A stretch of DNA of 32,000 nucleotides from Bellilinea caldifistulae (GCF_001306055.1 NZ_LGHJ01000006.1:60001-92000); one strand, 5' to 3'; shown: positions 7,530 through 16,229, counted from the first letter of the stretch. Translations and numbers: made by a program. The notes: generated by a model from the letters alone, not told the origin.

Positions 7530-8924
7530 ATGAACCACCTTACCAAACGATGGACTCTGGCAGCCGGTTTGTGCGTGCTGATTGGCAGTGTTCTGCTTTT
7601 CTTCGGCTTGCAGCGGCCGGTTACGCTGGTGGTAGATGGTCAACCTTATAGCCTATTCAGCCGTGCCTTTTCGGTGCGTGCTGTGCTGGCTGAGAGCGGT
7701 CTCCCCATCCATGAAGCCGACCGGATTACTCCCCCCTTGAACGCCGCGCTCGGCTGGGAAGCGGCCGTCCGGGTGGACCACGCCCGGCCGGTGCAGATTT
7801 TGGACACGGCATCCGGCAAAACTTTTTCTTTGACAACCGCCGAACGCATCCCGGCCAACCTGCTGGCGCAGGCCGGTCTGCGCTTGTTCCCGGCCGACCG
7901 GCTGGAATGGAACGGTGCGCCCTTCGACCCGGCTTCTCCCTTGCCGGATGCCCCTGCCTACCTGCTGGTTTACCGCCCGGCAACCCGTGTGGAAGTCATC
8001 CTCGACGGTCAACGCCTGCAACTGATTTCGGCACAGCCCACGTTGCTGGGTGCGCTGAACGAAGCCGGTATTCTTCTGCGGGCGGCTGACCAGCTCTCGC
8101 TGCCGGTTGACACCCCGCTCACCGGCAAGCCGCTGAGCCTGACCATTGAACCGGCCCGCACTGTGCAAATCATCGCCGACGGCAAAACCCACCTCTACCC
8201 GGTCAACGCCGAAACCGTCGGCGAGGCGCTGGCGCAAGCCGATATACCCCTGCAGAATCAGGATTACAGCATCCCCGCCGAAGACCAGCCCATCCCACCC
8301 GACCGGATCATCCGCGTGGTGCGGGTGCGTGAGGAAGTACTGCTGGAACAGAAACCGATCCCCTTCAAGTCCACCTACCAACCCGACCCCAACACCGAAC
8401 TGGATCAGCGTTCGGTGGTCAGAGCCGGGGAACTGGGGGTGGAAGTTTCGCGGGTGCGCGTGCGCTACGAGGATGGTATCGAGATCAGCCGCCAGAGTGA
8501 GGCGAGCTGGGTTGCCAAACAACCGGTGGATCAGGTGCTGGGTTACGGCACGCAGGTGGTGGTGCGCACGCTGGAAACGCCGGAAGGAACGATTGAGTAC
8601 TGGCGCAAAGTGACCGCGTTTGCCACCTCATACCACCCCTGCGGATTCAAGGCCGGCTGTTCCTACACGACCGCCAGCGGGGCAACCCTGCAAAAAGGGA
8701 TTGTGGCCGTCACCCGGGCGTGGTACTCGTGGATGCGCGGTCAGCGGGTCTACATTCCCGGCTACGGTTCGGCGGTGGTAGCCGATACCGGCGGCGGCTA
8801 CCCTGACGGGCGCAACTGGATTGATTTGGGCTACTCGGACGCCGATTACGTCCCGTGGGCCAGTTATGTCGAAGTCTATTTCCTCACCCCGGTACCGGCC
8901 AATATCCCATGGATCCTGCCCTGA
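7530..8924 (+). CDS. YabE-like cell-wall protein (3x DUF348, G5 domain, 3D/DPBB domain)
   Basis: N-terminal TM anchor. Three DUF348-like repeats (VTLVVDGQPY..., VEVILDGQRL..., VQIIADGKTH...). A G5-like segment (EQKPIPFKSTYQPDPNTELDQRSVVRAGELGVEV). The C-terminal 3D domain reads TASGATLQKGIVAV...VADTGGG...WIDLGYSD. Start taken at ATG 7530; the longer ORF from 7434 overlaps the tRNA and its terminator. Confidence 0.75.
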   Translation: MNHLTKRWTLAAGLCVLIGSVLLFFGLQRPVTLVVDGQPYSLFSRAFSVRAVLAESGLPIHEADRITPPLNAALGWEAAVRVDHARPVQILDTASGKTFSLTTAERIPANLLAQAGLRLFPADRLEWNGAPFDPASPLPDAPAYLLVYRPATRVEVILDGQRLQLISAQPTLLGALNEAGILLRAADQLSLPVDTPLTGKPLSLTIEPARTVQIIADGKTHLYPVNAETVGEALAQADIPLQNQDYSIPAEDQPIPPDRIIRVVRVREEVLLEQKPIPFKSTYQPDPNTELDQRSVVRAGELGVEVSRVRVRYEDGIEISRQSEASWVAKQPVDQVLGYGTQVVVRTLETPEGTIEYWRKVTAFATSYHPCGFKAGCSYTTASGATLQKGIVAVTRAWYSWMRGQRVYIPGYGSAVVADTGGGYPDGRNWIDLGYSDADYVPWASYVEVYFLTPVPANIPWILP

Positions 8925-9775
8925 ATCCCGTCCCGGTGGATGTGCCGCGGCTGCTGCGCGCCCATGGCCTGACCCCCCGCAAGGGGCTGGGGCAAAATTT
9001 TCTGGTGGACAGCAGCGCCCTGCGTAAACTGATCGAAGCCGCCGAAATCCCGCCGGATGCCGAGGTGCTGGAAATTGGGGCGGGGGTTGGCAGCCTGACG
9101 GTATGGCTGGCGGCGGCGGCGCGCCGTGTGGTGGCGGTGGAGGTGGACAGCAACCTGATTCCGCTGCTGCGCCAATCGCTCGGCGGGTTCGAGAATGTGA
9201 CGCTGGTGGAGGGGGACATCCTGGAGGTGCGTCTTTCGGACTGGATACGGGAGGAGGGCTATCTGGTGGTTGCCAACATCCCCTATTACATCACCTCGGC
9301 GATCATCCGTCACCTGCTGGAAAACCGTCCACGCCCGGCCCGCATGGTGCTGACCATGCAGCGTGAGGTTGCCGAGCGGATTTGCGCCGCGCCGGGGGAA
9401 TTGAGCCTGCTGGCGCTTTCGGTGCAGGTCTACGGGCAGCCGCGCCCGGTGCTGCGTATTCCTGCCGGGGCGTTCTACCCGCCGCCGCAGGTCGATTCGG
9501 TTTCGCTGCGGGTGGATCTGTATCCCCGGCCGCTCATCCCGCCTGATCAGCTGAATGATTTCTTCCGCCTGGCAAAAGCCGGATTTGCCCAAAAACGCAA
9601 AACTCTGCGCAACAGTCTTTCGGCCGGGCTGGCCATCCCGCCGGCGCAGGCAGCAGCCCTGCTGGAAGCAGCCGGGATTGACCCGCAGCGCCGTGCTGAA
9701 ACGCTCGGCATCCCGGAATGGGAACGGTTGAGCCGGGTTTGGGCGCAGCAGCGCGCCAGCGCGGAAAGCAAATAA
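8909..9775 (+). CDS. rsmA: 16S rRNA (adenine1518/1519-N6)-dimethyltransferase RsmA/KsgA
   Basis: GQNFLVD, the SAM motif VLEIGAGVGSLT, and NIPYYITS. Start taken at ATG 8909 (MDPALNP), overlapping the yabE-like gene end by 16 nt. Confidence 0.9.
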   Translation: MDPALNPVPVDVPRLLRAHGLTPRKGLGQNFLVDSSALRKLIEAAEIPPDAEVLEIGAGVGSLTVWLAAAARRVVAVEVDSNLIPLLRQSLGGFENVTLVEGDILEVRLSDWIREEGYLVVANIPYYITSAIIRHLLENRPRPARMVLTMQREVAERICAAPGELSLLALSVQVYGQPRPVLRIPAGAFYPPPQVDSVSLRVDLYPRPLIPPDQLNDFFRLAKAGFAQKRKTLRNSLSAGLAIPPAQAAALLEAAGIDPQRRAETLGIPEWERLSRVWAQQRASAESK

Positions 9776-9803
9776 TTCGGAAGCGACCACGGCGGCGGTA
9801 AAG

Positions 9804-9819
9804 TTTGCGCCAGCGCAAA
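9804..9819 (+). promoter_or_regulatory. Perfect palindrome TTTGCGC-CA-GCGCAAA (TTGCG-N4-CGCAA, CRP/FNR-family architecture) upstream of nirS
   Basis: 7+7 bp inverted repeat centred at 9811.5. A GATAAT -10 candidate lies at 9841-9846, which places the centre at about -41.5 from the predicted TSS (about 9853). Confidence 0.5.
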
Positions 9820-9907
9820 GAACTTCACCATTCGCTGACCGATAATGGAATCACCCCGCCCTGTTGAATGGCGGGAGATTTCCCTGTTTCCCCAAAGGAG
9901 GTGAACC

Positions 9908-11974
9908 GTGAAACGCCATCTGCTTTTTGTGTGGGCAGGTTTGGTCATGCTGCTGGCACTCCTGGCGGCCTGTACATCTGCCCCAACCACCCCACCGCCC
10001 CTACCCACCCAGCCGGAAGCCACCCGCGCCGAAGAAGCGCCGGCCGAGCTGGATGCCGCCGCTCTGCTGCAAAAAGGCGGCTGCGGGGCGTGCCACGTCA
10101 TCCCCGGCGTGCCGGGCGCAGTCGGGGTGATTGGCCCCGACCTTTCTCAAATCGGGCTGACGGCTGCCGAGCGCATTCAAGATGCTGCTTACACCGGTAC
10201 TGCCAAAACCGCCCTCGATTATCTGCACGAGTCCATTGTTAACCCGGATGTCTTTCTGGCGCCGGACTGCAACGGCGCTCCCTGCCAGAAAGGACTGATG
10301 ACCGCCGCACTGGCGGCCCAGTTCAATGAAGCCGAGCTGAACGCCATTGTTTCTTATCTGGCCGGCCTGAAAGGCGAAACCCCGCCGACTGGCGGCGTGG
10401 AGGCCACCCCCGCCGTTGAATTGGGCGAAGCCCCCGTCTTGACCACCGAAGAATTTGAGCAGGCCCGCCAGATCTTCTTCGACCGCTGCGCCGGATGCCA
10501 CGGGGTGCTGCGCAATGGCGCCACCGGCCCGGCGTTGACCCCCGACAAGACCCTGCCCAAAGGTACCCTGGCCCTGGCTTCGATCATCTTCAACGGCACG
10601 CCGCGGGGTATGCCGGACTGGGGCAAGCAGGGTGTGTTGACTGCCGAACAAGCCGAATTGATGGCGAAGTACATCCAGAACGAGCCGCCTGCTCCGCCGG
10701 AAATGTCCATGGAGCAGATGCGTGGCTTCTGGAAGGTGCTGGTTGCCCCCGAAGACCGCCCGACCGAGCCTCAGCACACCCGCAATTGGGAGAATTTCTT
10801 TGCCGTCACCCTGCGTGATGCCGGTCAGGTGGCAGTGATTGATGGGGATACCTACGAAGTGGTGGCCACTGTCAACACCGGTTACGCCGTCCACATTTCG
10901 CGCATGTCGGCCACCGGACGGTATGTATACACCATCGGGCGCGACGGTAAAACCGCGCTGATTGACCTGTGGATGGACCCCCCGGCTGTGGTTGCCGAGG
11001 TTAAAACCTGCTACGACGCCCGCTCGGTGGAGGTGAGCAAGTACAACGGTCCGGAAGGCGACTTCACCGACCGCTACGCTATCGTCGGCTGTTACTGGCC
11101 GCCCCATTTTGTGATTGTGGACGGGTTGACCCTGGAACCGCTTAAAGTCGTCAGCACGCGCAGTTACACCTATGACACGCAGGAATATCACCCCGAGCCG
11201 CGGGTTGCCAGTATTGTCGCTTCGCATTTCAGCCCCAAGTGGGTGGTCAATGTCAAGGAGACCGGTCAAATCTGGCTGGTGGACTACACCGATGTGCAGA
11301 ACCCGGCGATTAAGATGCTCAACGCCGAGCGCTTCCTCCACGATGGTGGATGGGATGCCAGCGGCCGCTATTTCCTTGTGGCAGCCAACAATGCCAATAA
11401 GATTGTGGTGCTGGATGTGCAGGAAGAGAAAGTTGCCGCAATTGTGGAGACCGAGAAGATACCCCACCCCGGGCGCGGAGCCAACTGGATTGACCCGGTT
11501 TTTGGACCGGTATGGAGCACCTCGCATCTGGGTGAAGGCGCGCTGGTTGCCATCGGTACCGATCCGGTCAATCACCCCGAATACGCCTGGAAAGTGGTGC
11601 GCACCATTCCGCTGCCCGGAGCCGGTTCGCTGTTCCTCAAAACTCATCCCAACAGTGATTGGATCTGGGTGGACCACACCCTCAACCCGGATGAGGAAAT
11701 TCAGCGGACGGTATGTGTGATTGCCAAAGCCAACCCGGTCGAGCCGTATAAATGCTGGCAGGTAGCCGATTACGGGCGGGCGGTTCACTTTGAGTACAAC
11801 ATGGAGGGAAATCAGGTGTGGGTGAGCGTGTGGGGGCGCGCCGATGATCCCGGTCGGACGGGTGAAATTGTCGTCTATGACGATAAGACCCTTGAAGAAA
11901 TTGCCCGCATTCCCAATCTGGTCACTCCAACCGGTAAGTTCAATGTTTACAATACGGTGAAGGACATTTATTAA
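9908..11974 (+). CDS. nirS: Cytochrome cd1 nitrite reductase NirS: lipoprotein form with an additional N-terminal c-type cytochrome domain
   Basis: GTG start 7 nt after AAGGAGG (9894-9900). Lipobox LLAAC. First haem-c site CGACH. Second site CAGCHGVLRNGATGPALTPD is the canonical NirS haem-c domain. The d1 propeller block FAVTLRDAGQVAVIDGDTYEVVATVNTGYAVHISRMSATGRYVYTIGRDGKTALIDLW closely matches my recollection of Pseudomonas NirS. Confidence 0.9.
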   Translation: MKRHLLFVWAGLVMLLALLAACTSAPTTPPPLPTQPEATRAEEAPAELDAAALLQKGGCGACHVIPGVPGAVGVIGPDLSQIGLTAAERIQDAAYTGTAKTALDYLHESIVNPDVFLAPDCNGAPCQKGLMTAALAAQFNEAELNAIVSYLAGLKGETPPTGGVEATPAVELGEAPVLTTEEFEQARQIFFDRCAGCHGVLRNGATGPALTPDKTLPKGTLALASIIFNGTPRGMPDWGKQGVLTAEQAELMAKYIQNEPPAPPEMSMEQMRGFWKVLVAPEDRPTEPQHTRNWENFFAVTLRDAGQVAVIDGDTYEVVATVNTGYAVHISRMSATGRYVYTIGRDGKTALIDLWMDPPAVVAEVKTCYDARSVEVSKYNGPEGDFTDRYAIVGCYWPPHFVIVDGLTLEPLKVVSTRSYTYDTQEYHPEPRVASIVASHFSPKWVVNVKETGQIWLVDYTDVQNPAIKMLNAERFLHDGGWDASGRYFLVAANNANKIVVLDVQEEKVAAIVETEKIPHPGRGANWIDPVFGPVWSTSHLGEGALVAIGTDPVNHPEYAWKVVRTIPLPGAGSLFLKTHPNSDWIWVDHTLNPDEEIQRTVCVIAKANPVEPYKCWQVADYGRAVHFEYNMEGNQVWVSVWGRADDPGRTGEIVVYDDKTLEEIARIPNLVTPTGKFNVYNTVKDIY

Positions 11975-12018
11975 GGTCGGTTTTGGCCTGCGGGTCAACG
12001 GCTGGTTGGATGCGTCTG

Positions 12019-12060
12019 CCTCCCCCGAACCGATGTGCGGCTTTGGGGGAGGTTTCTTTC
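12019..12060 (+). terminator. Rho-independent terminator after nirS
   Basis: CCTCCCCC (12019-12026) pairs with GGGGGAGG (12045-12052), with extra inner pairs, followed by TTTCTTTC. Confidence 0.75.
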
Positions 12061-12264
12061 TGTTGTCTGGTTGATGAGATTGACTGTCGCGTGGCGGTTT
12101 CCCGTAAAGCAGTTAACCATGCGGTGGGGGGAGATGCGCGGCTGCCTTGCACCCAACGAAAGCCAATTCGAAACGGCTGTACAGCCGGTTGATTCAGCCA
12201 GCCGGACGAAATTGGAGTACAATTCAACCCAAACCCCTGAACAAAGAAAGGGACGCTGCTGGGC

Positions 12265-12900
12265 TTGTTCATTACGTTTGAAGGACCGGAAGGCTCCGGT
12301 AAGACCACCCAAATCCACCCGCTGGCCGACTACCTGCGCACTGAGGGCTGGGATGTGCTCACCCTGCGCGAACCGGGCGGCACGCCGATCAGCGAACAGG
12401 TACGGGCTATTTTAATGAACCTCGCCAACACCGCCATGCACCCGCGCACCGAGATTCTGCTCTTTCTGGCTGCCCGCGCCCAACTGGTGGAGGAAGTCAT
12501 CCGTCCGGCGCTGGCACAGGGCAAAATTGTGCTGTGCGACCGTTACGCCGACTCGACCCTCGCTTATCAGGGTTACGGCCATGGGACCGATCTGGATACC
12601 CTGCGTCGGTTGCTCCACTTTGCCACCGGCGGCCTGCAGCCCGACCTGACATTTTTGCTGGATGTGGACCCGTTAATCGGTTTGCACCGCAAACGCAAAG
12701 AAGGTGAATGGAACCGGCTGGATGCCTGCGGTGAGCAATTCCACCAGCGCGTTCGCGATGGTTACCGTCTGCTGGCTCAGGCTGAACCTCAGCGCTGGAT
12801 CATCGTGGATGCCGCACAACCGCCGGATGCGGTACAATCGGTCTTGCGCCAGCACGTTCTGTCACGTTTGCGGACGCAAACCGCCCCAAACTCTGGATGA
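12265..12900 (+). CDS. tmk: dTMP (thymidylate) kinase
   Basis: FITFEGPEGSGKTTQ P-loop, REPGGT, DRYADSTLAYQGYG. TTG at 12265 is the only canonical start after the in-frame stop at 12238. Confidence 0.9.
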   Translation: MFITFEGPEGSGKTTQIHPLADYLRTEGWDVLTLREPGGTPISEQVRAILMNLANTAMHPRTEILLFLAARAQLVEEVIRPALAQGKIVLCDRYADSTLAYQGYGHGTDLDTLRRLLHFATGGLQPDLTFLLDVDPLIGLHRKRKEGEWNRLDACGEQFHQRVRDGYRLLAQAEPQRWIIVDAAQPPDAVQSVLRQHVLSRLRTQTAPNSG

Positions 12901-12925
12901 GAAAGGTTATTTTAGGTACTCAGTG

Positions 12926-14200
12926 ATGAAGAAACACCCCTTGTTGTGGATTGTCCTGTTGATTGCCCTTGTGCTTTCGGCGTGTGCGCCGGCTGCCACT
13001 TCAACCCCGGCCGAGCCGACCGCCGTGCCTACTCGCACACCCCGCCCGATGCCGGAAGGCACACCGATGGCCTGTACCCTGTTCAGTCTGTTCCCCGAAC
13101 CGCGTGACCCGGCATCGGTTAAACTGCCGCCGGTCAGCGATGCCGATTGGTCGCGCGGCGCAAAGAATGCCCGCCTGACACTGATTGAATACAGCGATTT
13201 TCAGTGCCCGTACTGCTCGCTGGCAGCTGGCTACTTGAAGGAATTTGAGCAAGCCAACCCCGATCAGGTACGGGTTGTCTTCCGCCATTTTCCGCTGACC
13301 TCGCACGATAAGGCGCTGCTGGCCGCTCAGGCAGCCGAGGCCGCCGGCTTGCAGGGCAAATTCTGGGAAATGCACGACTTTCTGTTCGATCAGGCTAACT
13401 GGCAGGTGTGGACGGCTCAGTCCAAAGCCGACTTTGAAAAGTGGCTGAATGAGCAGGCCGCTTCCATCGGACTGGATGCCGCCCGCTTCGGCCGAGACCT
13501 CAATTCCGAGGCAGTCGTCCGCAAAGTGGAAGGCACTTTCCAAAATGGCATGGACATGGGGCTGACCGGCACCCCTTCCCTGTTCGTCTTGATTGACGGT
13601 GAATTGATCTTCGTCCCCGAAGATCAGGTGCCGTATGACCCGGCCACGCTGGATGCCATCCTCAAACTCGCCACGCTGCGGGATATTCAGTTTGACCGCT
13701 GCCCGCCCATGGTGATTGATCAAAACAAACAATACACCGCCACGCTCAAAACCGAGAAGGGCGACATCAAAATCCGCCTGTTTGCCGATAAAGCCCCATT
13801 GGCGGTCAATTCGTTCGTCTTTCTGGCACGGATGGGCTACTTTGACGGGATGATCTTCCACCGCGTCCTGCCTGACTTTGTCGCGCAGACCGGCGATCCT
13901 TCCGGCACCGGCTTTGGTGGTCCCGGTTACCAATTCGCCAATGAGATCAGCGAAGATCTGAAATACGACCGGCCCGGTCTGGTGGGCATGGCCAATGCCG
14001 GGCCGGATACCAACGGCAGCCAGTTCTTCATCACTTACGCAGCCCTGCCGCAACTGGACGGCGGCTACACCATCTTTGGCGAAGTGATTGAGGGCATGGA
14101 CGTGGCCAAAGCTCTGACGGCCCGTGACCCGGCCAGCGCCGCCCCGCAGGACCTGCCGCCCGGCGATAAAATTCTTTCGGTGATCATCGAAGAGCAGTAA
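12926..14200 (+). CDS. Fusion lipoprotein: DsbA-like thioredoxin-fold oxidoreductase plus cyclophilin-type peptidyl-prolyl isomerase
   Basis: Lipobox LVLSAC. YSDFQCPYCS (CxxC) with the downstream GTPSLF cis-Pro loop indicates a DsbA-type domain. The C-terminal FHRVLPDFVAQTGDPSGTGFGGPGYQFANE...GLVGMANAGPDTNGSQFFITY is a cyclophilin signature. Start taken at ATG 12926. Confidence 0.8.
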   Translation: MKKHPLLWIVLLIALVLSACAPAATSTPAEPTAVPTRTPRPMPEGTPMACTLFSLFPEPRDPASVKLPPVSDADWSRGAKNARLTLIEYSDFQCPYCSLAAGYLKEFEQANPDQVRVVFRHFPLTSHDKALLAAQAAEAAGLQGKFWEMHDFLFDQANWQVWTAQSKADFEKWLNEQAASIGLDAARFGRDLNSEAVVRKVEGTFQNGMDMGLTGTPSLFVLIDGELIFVPEDQVPYDPATLDAILKLATLRDIQFDRCPPMVIDQNKQYTATLKTEKGDIKIRLFADKAPLAVNSFVFLARMGYFDGMIFHRVLPDFVAQTGDPSGTGFGGPGYQFANEISEDLKYDRPGLVGMANAGPDTNGSQFFITYAALPQLDGGYTIFGEVIEGMDVAKALTARDPASAAPQDLPPGDKILSVIIEEQ

Positions 14201-14208
14201 ACCGCCTG

Positions 14209-15522
14209 ATGCAGAGCAAAGTCGAACCCGGCTGGCGTTTCTGGCTGTTGATGGTGCTGTTTGGAGGCGGCGCGGCCCTCTCGCTTGGCGTGGCGCTACT
14301 GTTTCTACTGCTCGGTCTGGCCATGACCACCCCCCTGCTCGCTCTGCCAGCGGGTTCGGCGGTTTCTTTTCTGAACATTGCCTTTACCAGCGGGCTGGTT
14401 GGGGTGGTGATGCTGCTGGGGTTATCCTCCCTGTTGCGAACACCGCCCCCGCCGGCTGCCGTAGCTGCTGCCAGCCGCCGCCGGCTGGCGCTGGCCAGTC
14501 TGGCGATGATCCTGTGGCTGCCGCTGGTCGGTCTCTTTCGGATTGTGGAGACTTCGCCGCTGGTGTGGCTGTTTCTGCCGCCGCTGGTGGTGATTGGCGC
14601 AGCCATCCCGGCCTGGTGGCTGGTCGAGATTGCCCGGCGCGGGCTGGATGTTCTGCCGCGTGGGCGCGGCTGGCAGATTCTCTCCACCTCGCTGGCGCTG
14701 ACCATCCCGTTGACGCTGGTGCTTTCGCTGGTCATGCTGGCGGTTTTCGTGGTTGTGCTGGGCGTCTATCTCAATACGCAGCCGCAACTGCTGGCGGATT
14801 TGCAACAATTTTTTGAACAATTCGACCCGGCTCAGATGGATATGCAGCAGCTGGAAGCCCTTGCCAATCAGGTGCTTTCCAACCCGGTCATCGTCGCCCT
14901 GTTGATCAGCCTGGTAGCCGGGGTTACGCCGATGCTCGAAGAACTGCTTAAACCGCTGGCCCTGTGGTTATACGCCGGCGACCGCCTGACTCCCGCCCAG
15001 GGTTTTGTGGGTGGGGCGTTGTGCGGGGCAGCCTTTGGGCTGTGGGAAAATTTGAGCGCGCTGGCCGGGGCCGGTGAGGGCAGCGGGGTGCTGATTCTGG
15101 TGGCGCGGGTCGGCTCGCTGCTGCTGCACACCACCGCGACGGCCGTGTTGGGCTGGGGGCTGGCCTCGTTCTGGGCGCAGCGCCGTTATCTCGGCCGGCT
15201 GATCGGCGCTTACCTGCTGGCGGTTGGGCTGCATGCCTTCTGGAATCTGTTCGGCGTGCTGAGCGCCGTACCGGTCACTCCCCAATTACCGCTGATCAGT
15301 CGTCTGCCGGCCTCGCCGGAGACTTTTAATCCGCTCTGGCTGGCGCTGCCGGGCATGGCATTGCTCAATCTATTTCTGCTGGTGGGATTAAACCGCCGCT
15401 TGCAGGTTGAAACCAGGCGGATGATGGCTGCTGCGGTGTCTGGCGATAATTCGCCCGCCCCGACGGACGATACCTTTATAAAACAGGAAAATTGGAATGG
15501 ATTGGATTCGGCTGGCAATTGA
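14209..15522 (+). CDS. PrsW-like (glutamic-type) intramembrane protease family protein
   Basis: Polytopic. Motifs seen: EELLK, FGLWEN, LLHTTATAVLGWG and HAFWN. They match my recollection of the EExxK / FGxxE / H / HxxxN pattern of the PrsW/CPBP-type families. Confidence 0.55.
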   Translation: MQSKVEPGWRFWLLMVLFGGGAALSLGVALLFLLLGLAMTTPLLALPAGSAVSFLNIAFTSGLVGVVMLLGLSSLLRTPPPPAAVAAASRRRLALASLAMILWLPLVGLFRIVETSPLVWLFLPPLVVIGAAIPAWWLVEIARRGLDVLPRGRGWQILSTSLALTIPLTLVLSLVMLAVFVVVLGVYLNTQPQLLADLQQFFEQFDPAQMDMQQLEALANQVLSNPVIVALLISLVAGVTPMLEELLKPLALWLYAGDRLTPAQGFVGGALCGAAFGLWENLSALAGAGEGSGVLILVARVGSLLLHTTATAVLGWGLASFWAQRRYLGRLIGAYLLAVGLHAFWNLFGVLSAVPVTPQLPLISRLPASPETFNPLWLALPGMALLNLFLLVGLNRRLQVETRRMMAAAVSGDNSPAPTDDTFIKQENWNGLDSAGN

Positions 15523-16150
15523 TTTTGTACTGCACATTGACCATTATCTGGATGTGATCATCCGCAGTGTGGGGATTGGCACCTACGGCGTCTTGTTTTT
15601 GATCATCTTCATCGAAACCGGGCTGGTGGTGACGCCGTTCCTGCCGGGCGATTCGCTCTTGTTTGCGGCGGGGGCTTTTTCCGCCAAGGGTTCGCTGGAA
15701 GTGCTGCCGCTCTGGCTGCTGCTGATGGCTGCCGCCGTAATCGGTGACAGTGCCAATTACTGGATCGGCAACAAGGTTGGTTCGCGGGTGTTTGAAGAGG
15801 ATACCCGCTGGGTCAAGCGGGAGTATCTGGAACGCACCCAAAAATTTTACGAAAAACACGGTGGCAAGACCATACTGCTGGCGCGCTTTGTACCGATTGT
15901 ACGTACTTTTGCGCCGTTTGTCGCCGGCATTGGCAAGATGCGCTATGGTTACTTTCTCACCTACAACATCGTCGGCGGGACGCTGTGGGTCAGCCTGTTT
16001 CTGTGGGGCGGGTACTTCTTCGGCGGGCTGCCGTTTGTGGAAAAGAACTTTTCGCTGGTGATCATTGCGATTGTGCTGATCTCGGTGCTGCCGGCGGTGT
16101 GGGAGACGCTCAAAGCCCGGCGGGAGAAGCGCGCCGCGGCGGTCGAGTAA
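15497..16150 (+). CDS. DedA/VTT-domain membrane protein
   Basis: FLIIFIETGLVVTPFLPGDSLLFAAGAF and ARFVPIVRTFAPFVAG are typical DedA motifs. It overlaps the upstream gene by 26 nt. Confidence 0.85.
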   Translation: MDWIRLAIDFVLHIDHYLDVIIRSVGIGTYGVLFLIIFIETGLVVTPFLPGDSLLFAAGAFSAKGSLEVLPLWLLLMAAAVIGDSANYWIGNKVGSRVFEEDTRWVKREYLERTQKFYEKHGGKTILLARFVPIVRTFAPFVAGIGKMRYGYFLTYNIVGGTLWVSLFLWGGYFFGGLPFVEKNFSLVIIAIVLISVLPAVWETLKARREKRAAAVE

Positions 16151-16229
16151 AGCCATTACGCAGGCGGGGGGGGAGATTCTCCTGCACTGGCGAGTGTTGT
16201 TGCGTTCGGAGTAACGTCAAAGGGTTTAC

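Noticed and set aside
10001-11998. 665-aa ORF antisense to the whole of nirS
   Set aside because: Its translation is low-complexity and rich in Arg, Gly, Pro and His, with no recognisable motifs. It exactly shadows a gene with very strong NirS similarity. This is a typical high-GC antisense shadow ORF.
12035-12415. 126-aa + strand ORF spanning the nirS-tmk spacer
   Set aside because: It starts inside the nirS terminator, runs out of frame into tmk, and has implausible Trp/Arg/Cys-rich composition.
16160-16185. G7 homopolymer run and GGAGA-tt-CTCC near-palindrome after dedA, as a phase-variation tract or terminator
   Set aside because: It is intergenic, not adjacent to a start codon or promoter element, and the hairpin is marginal.
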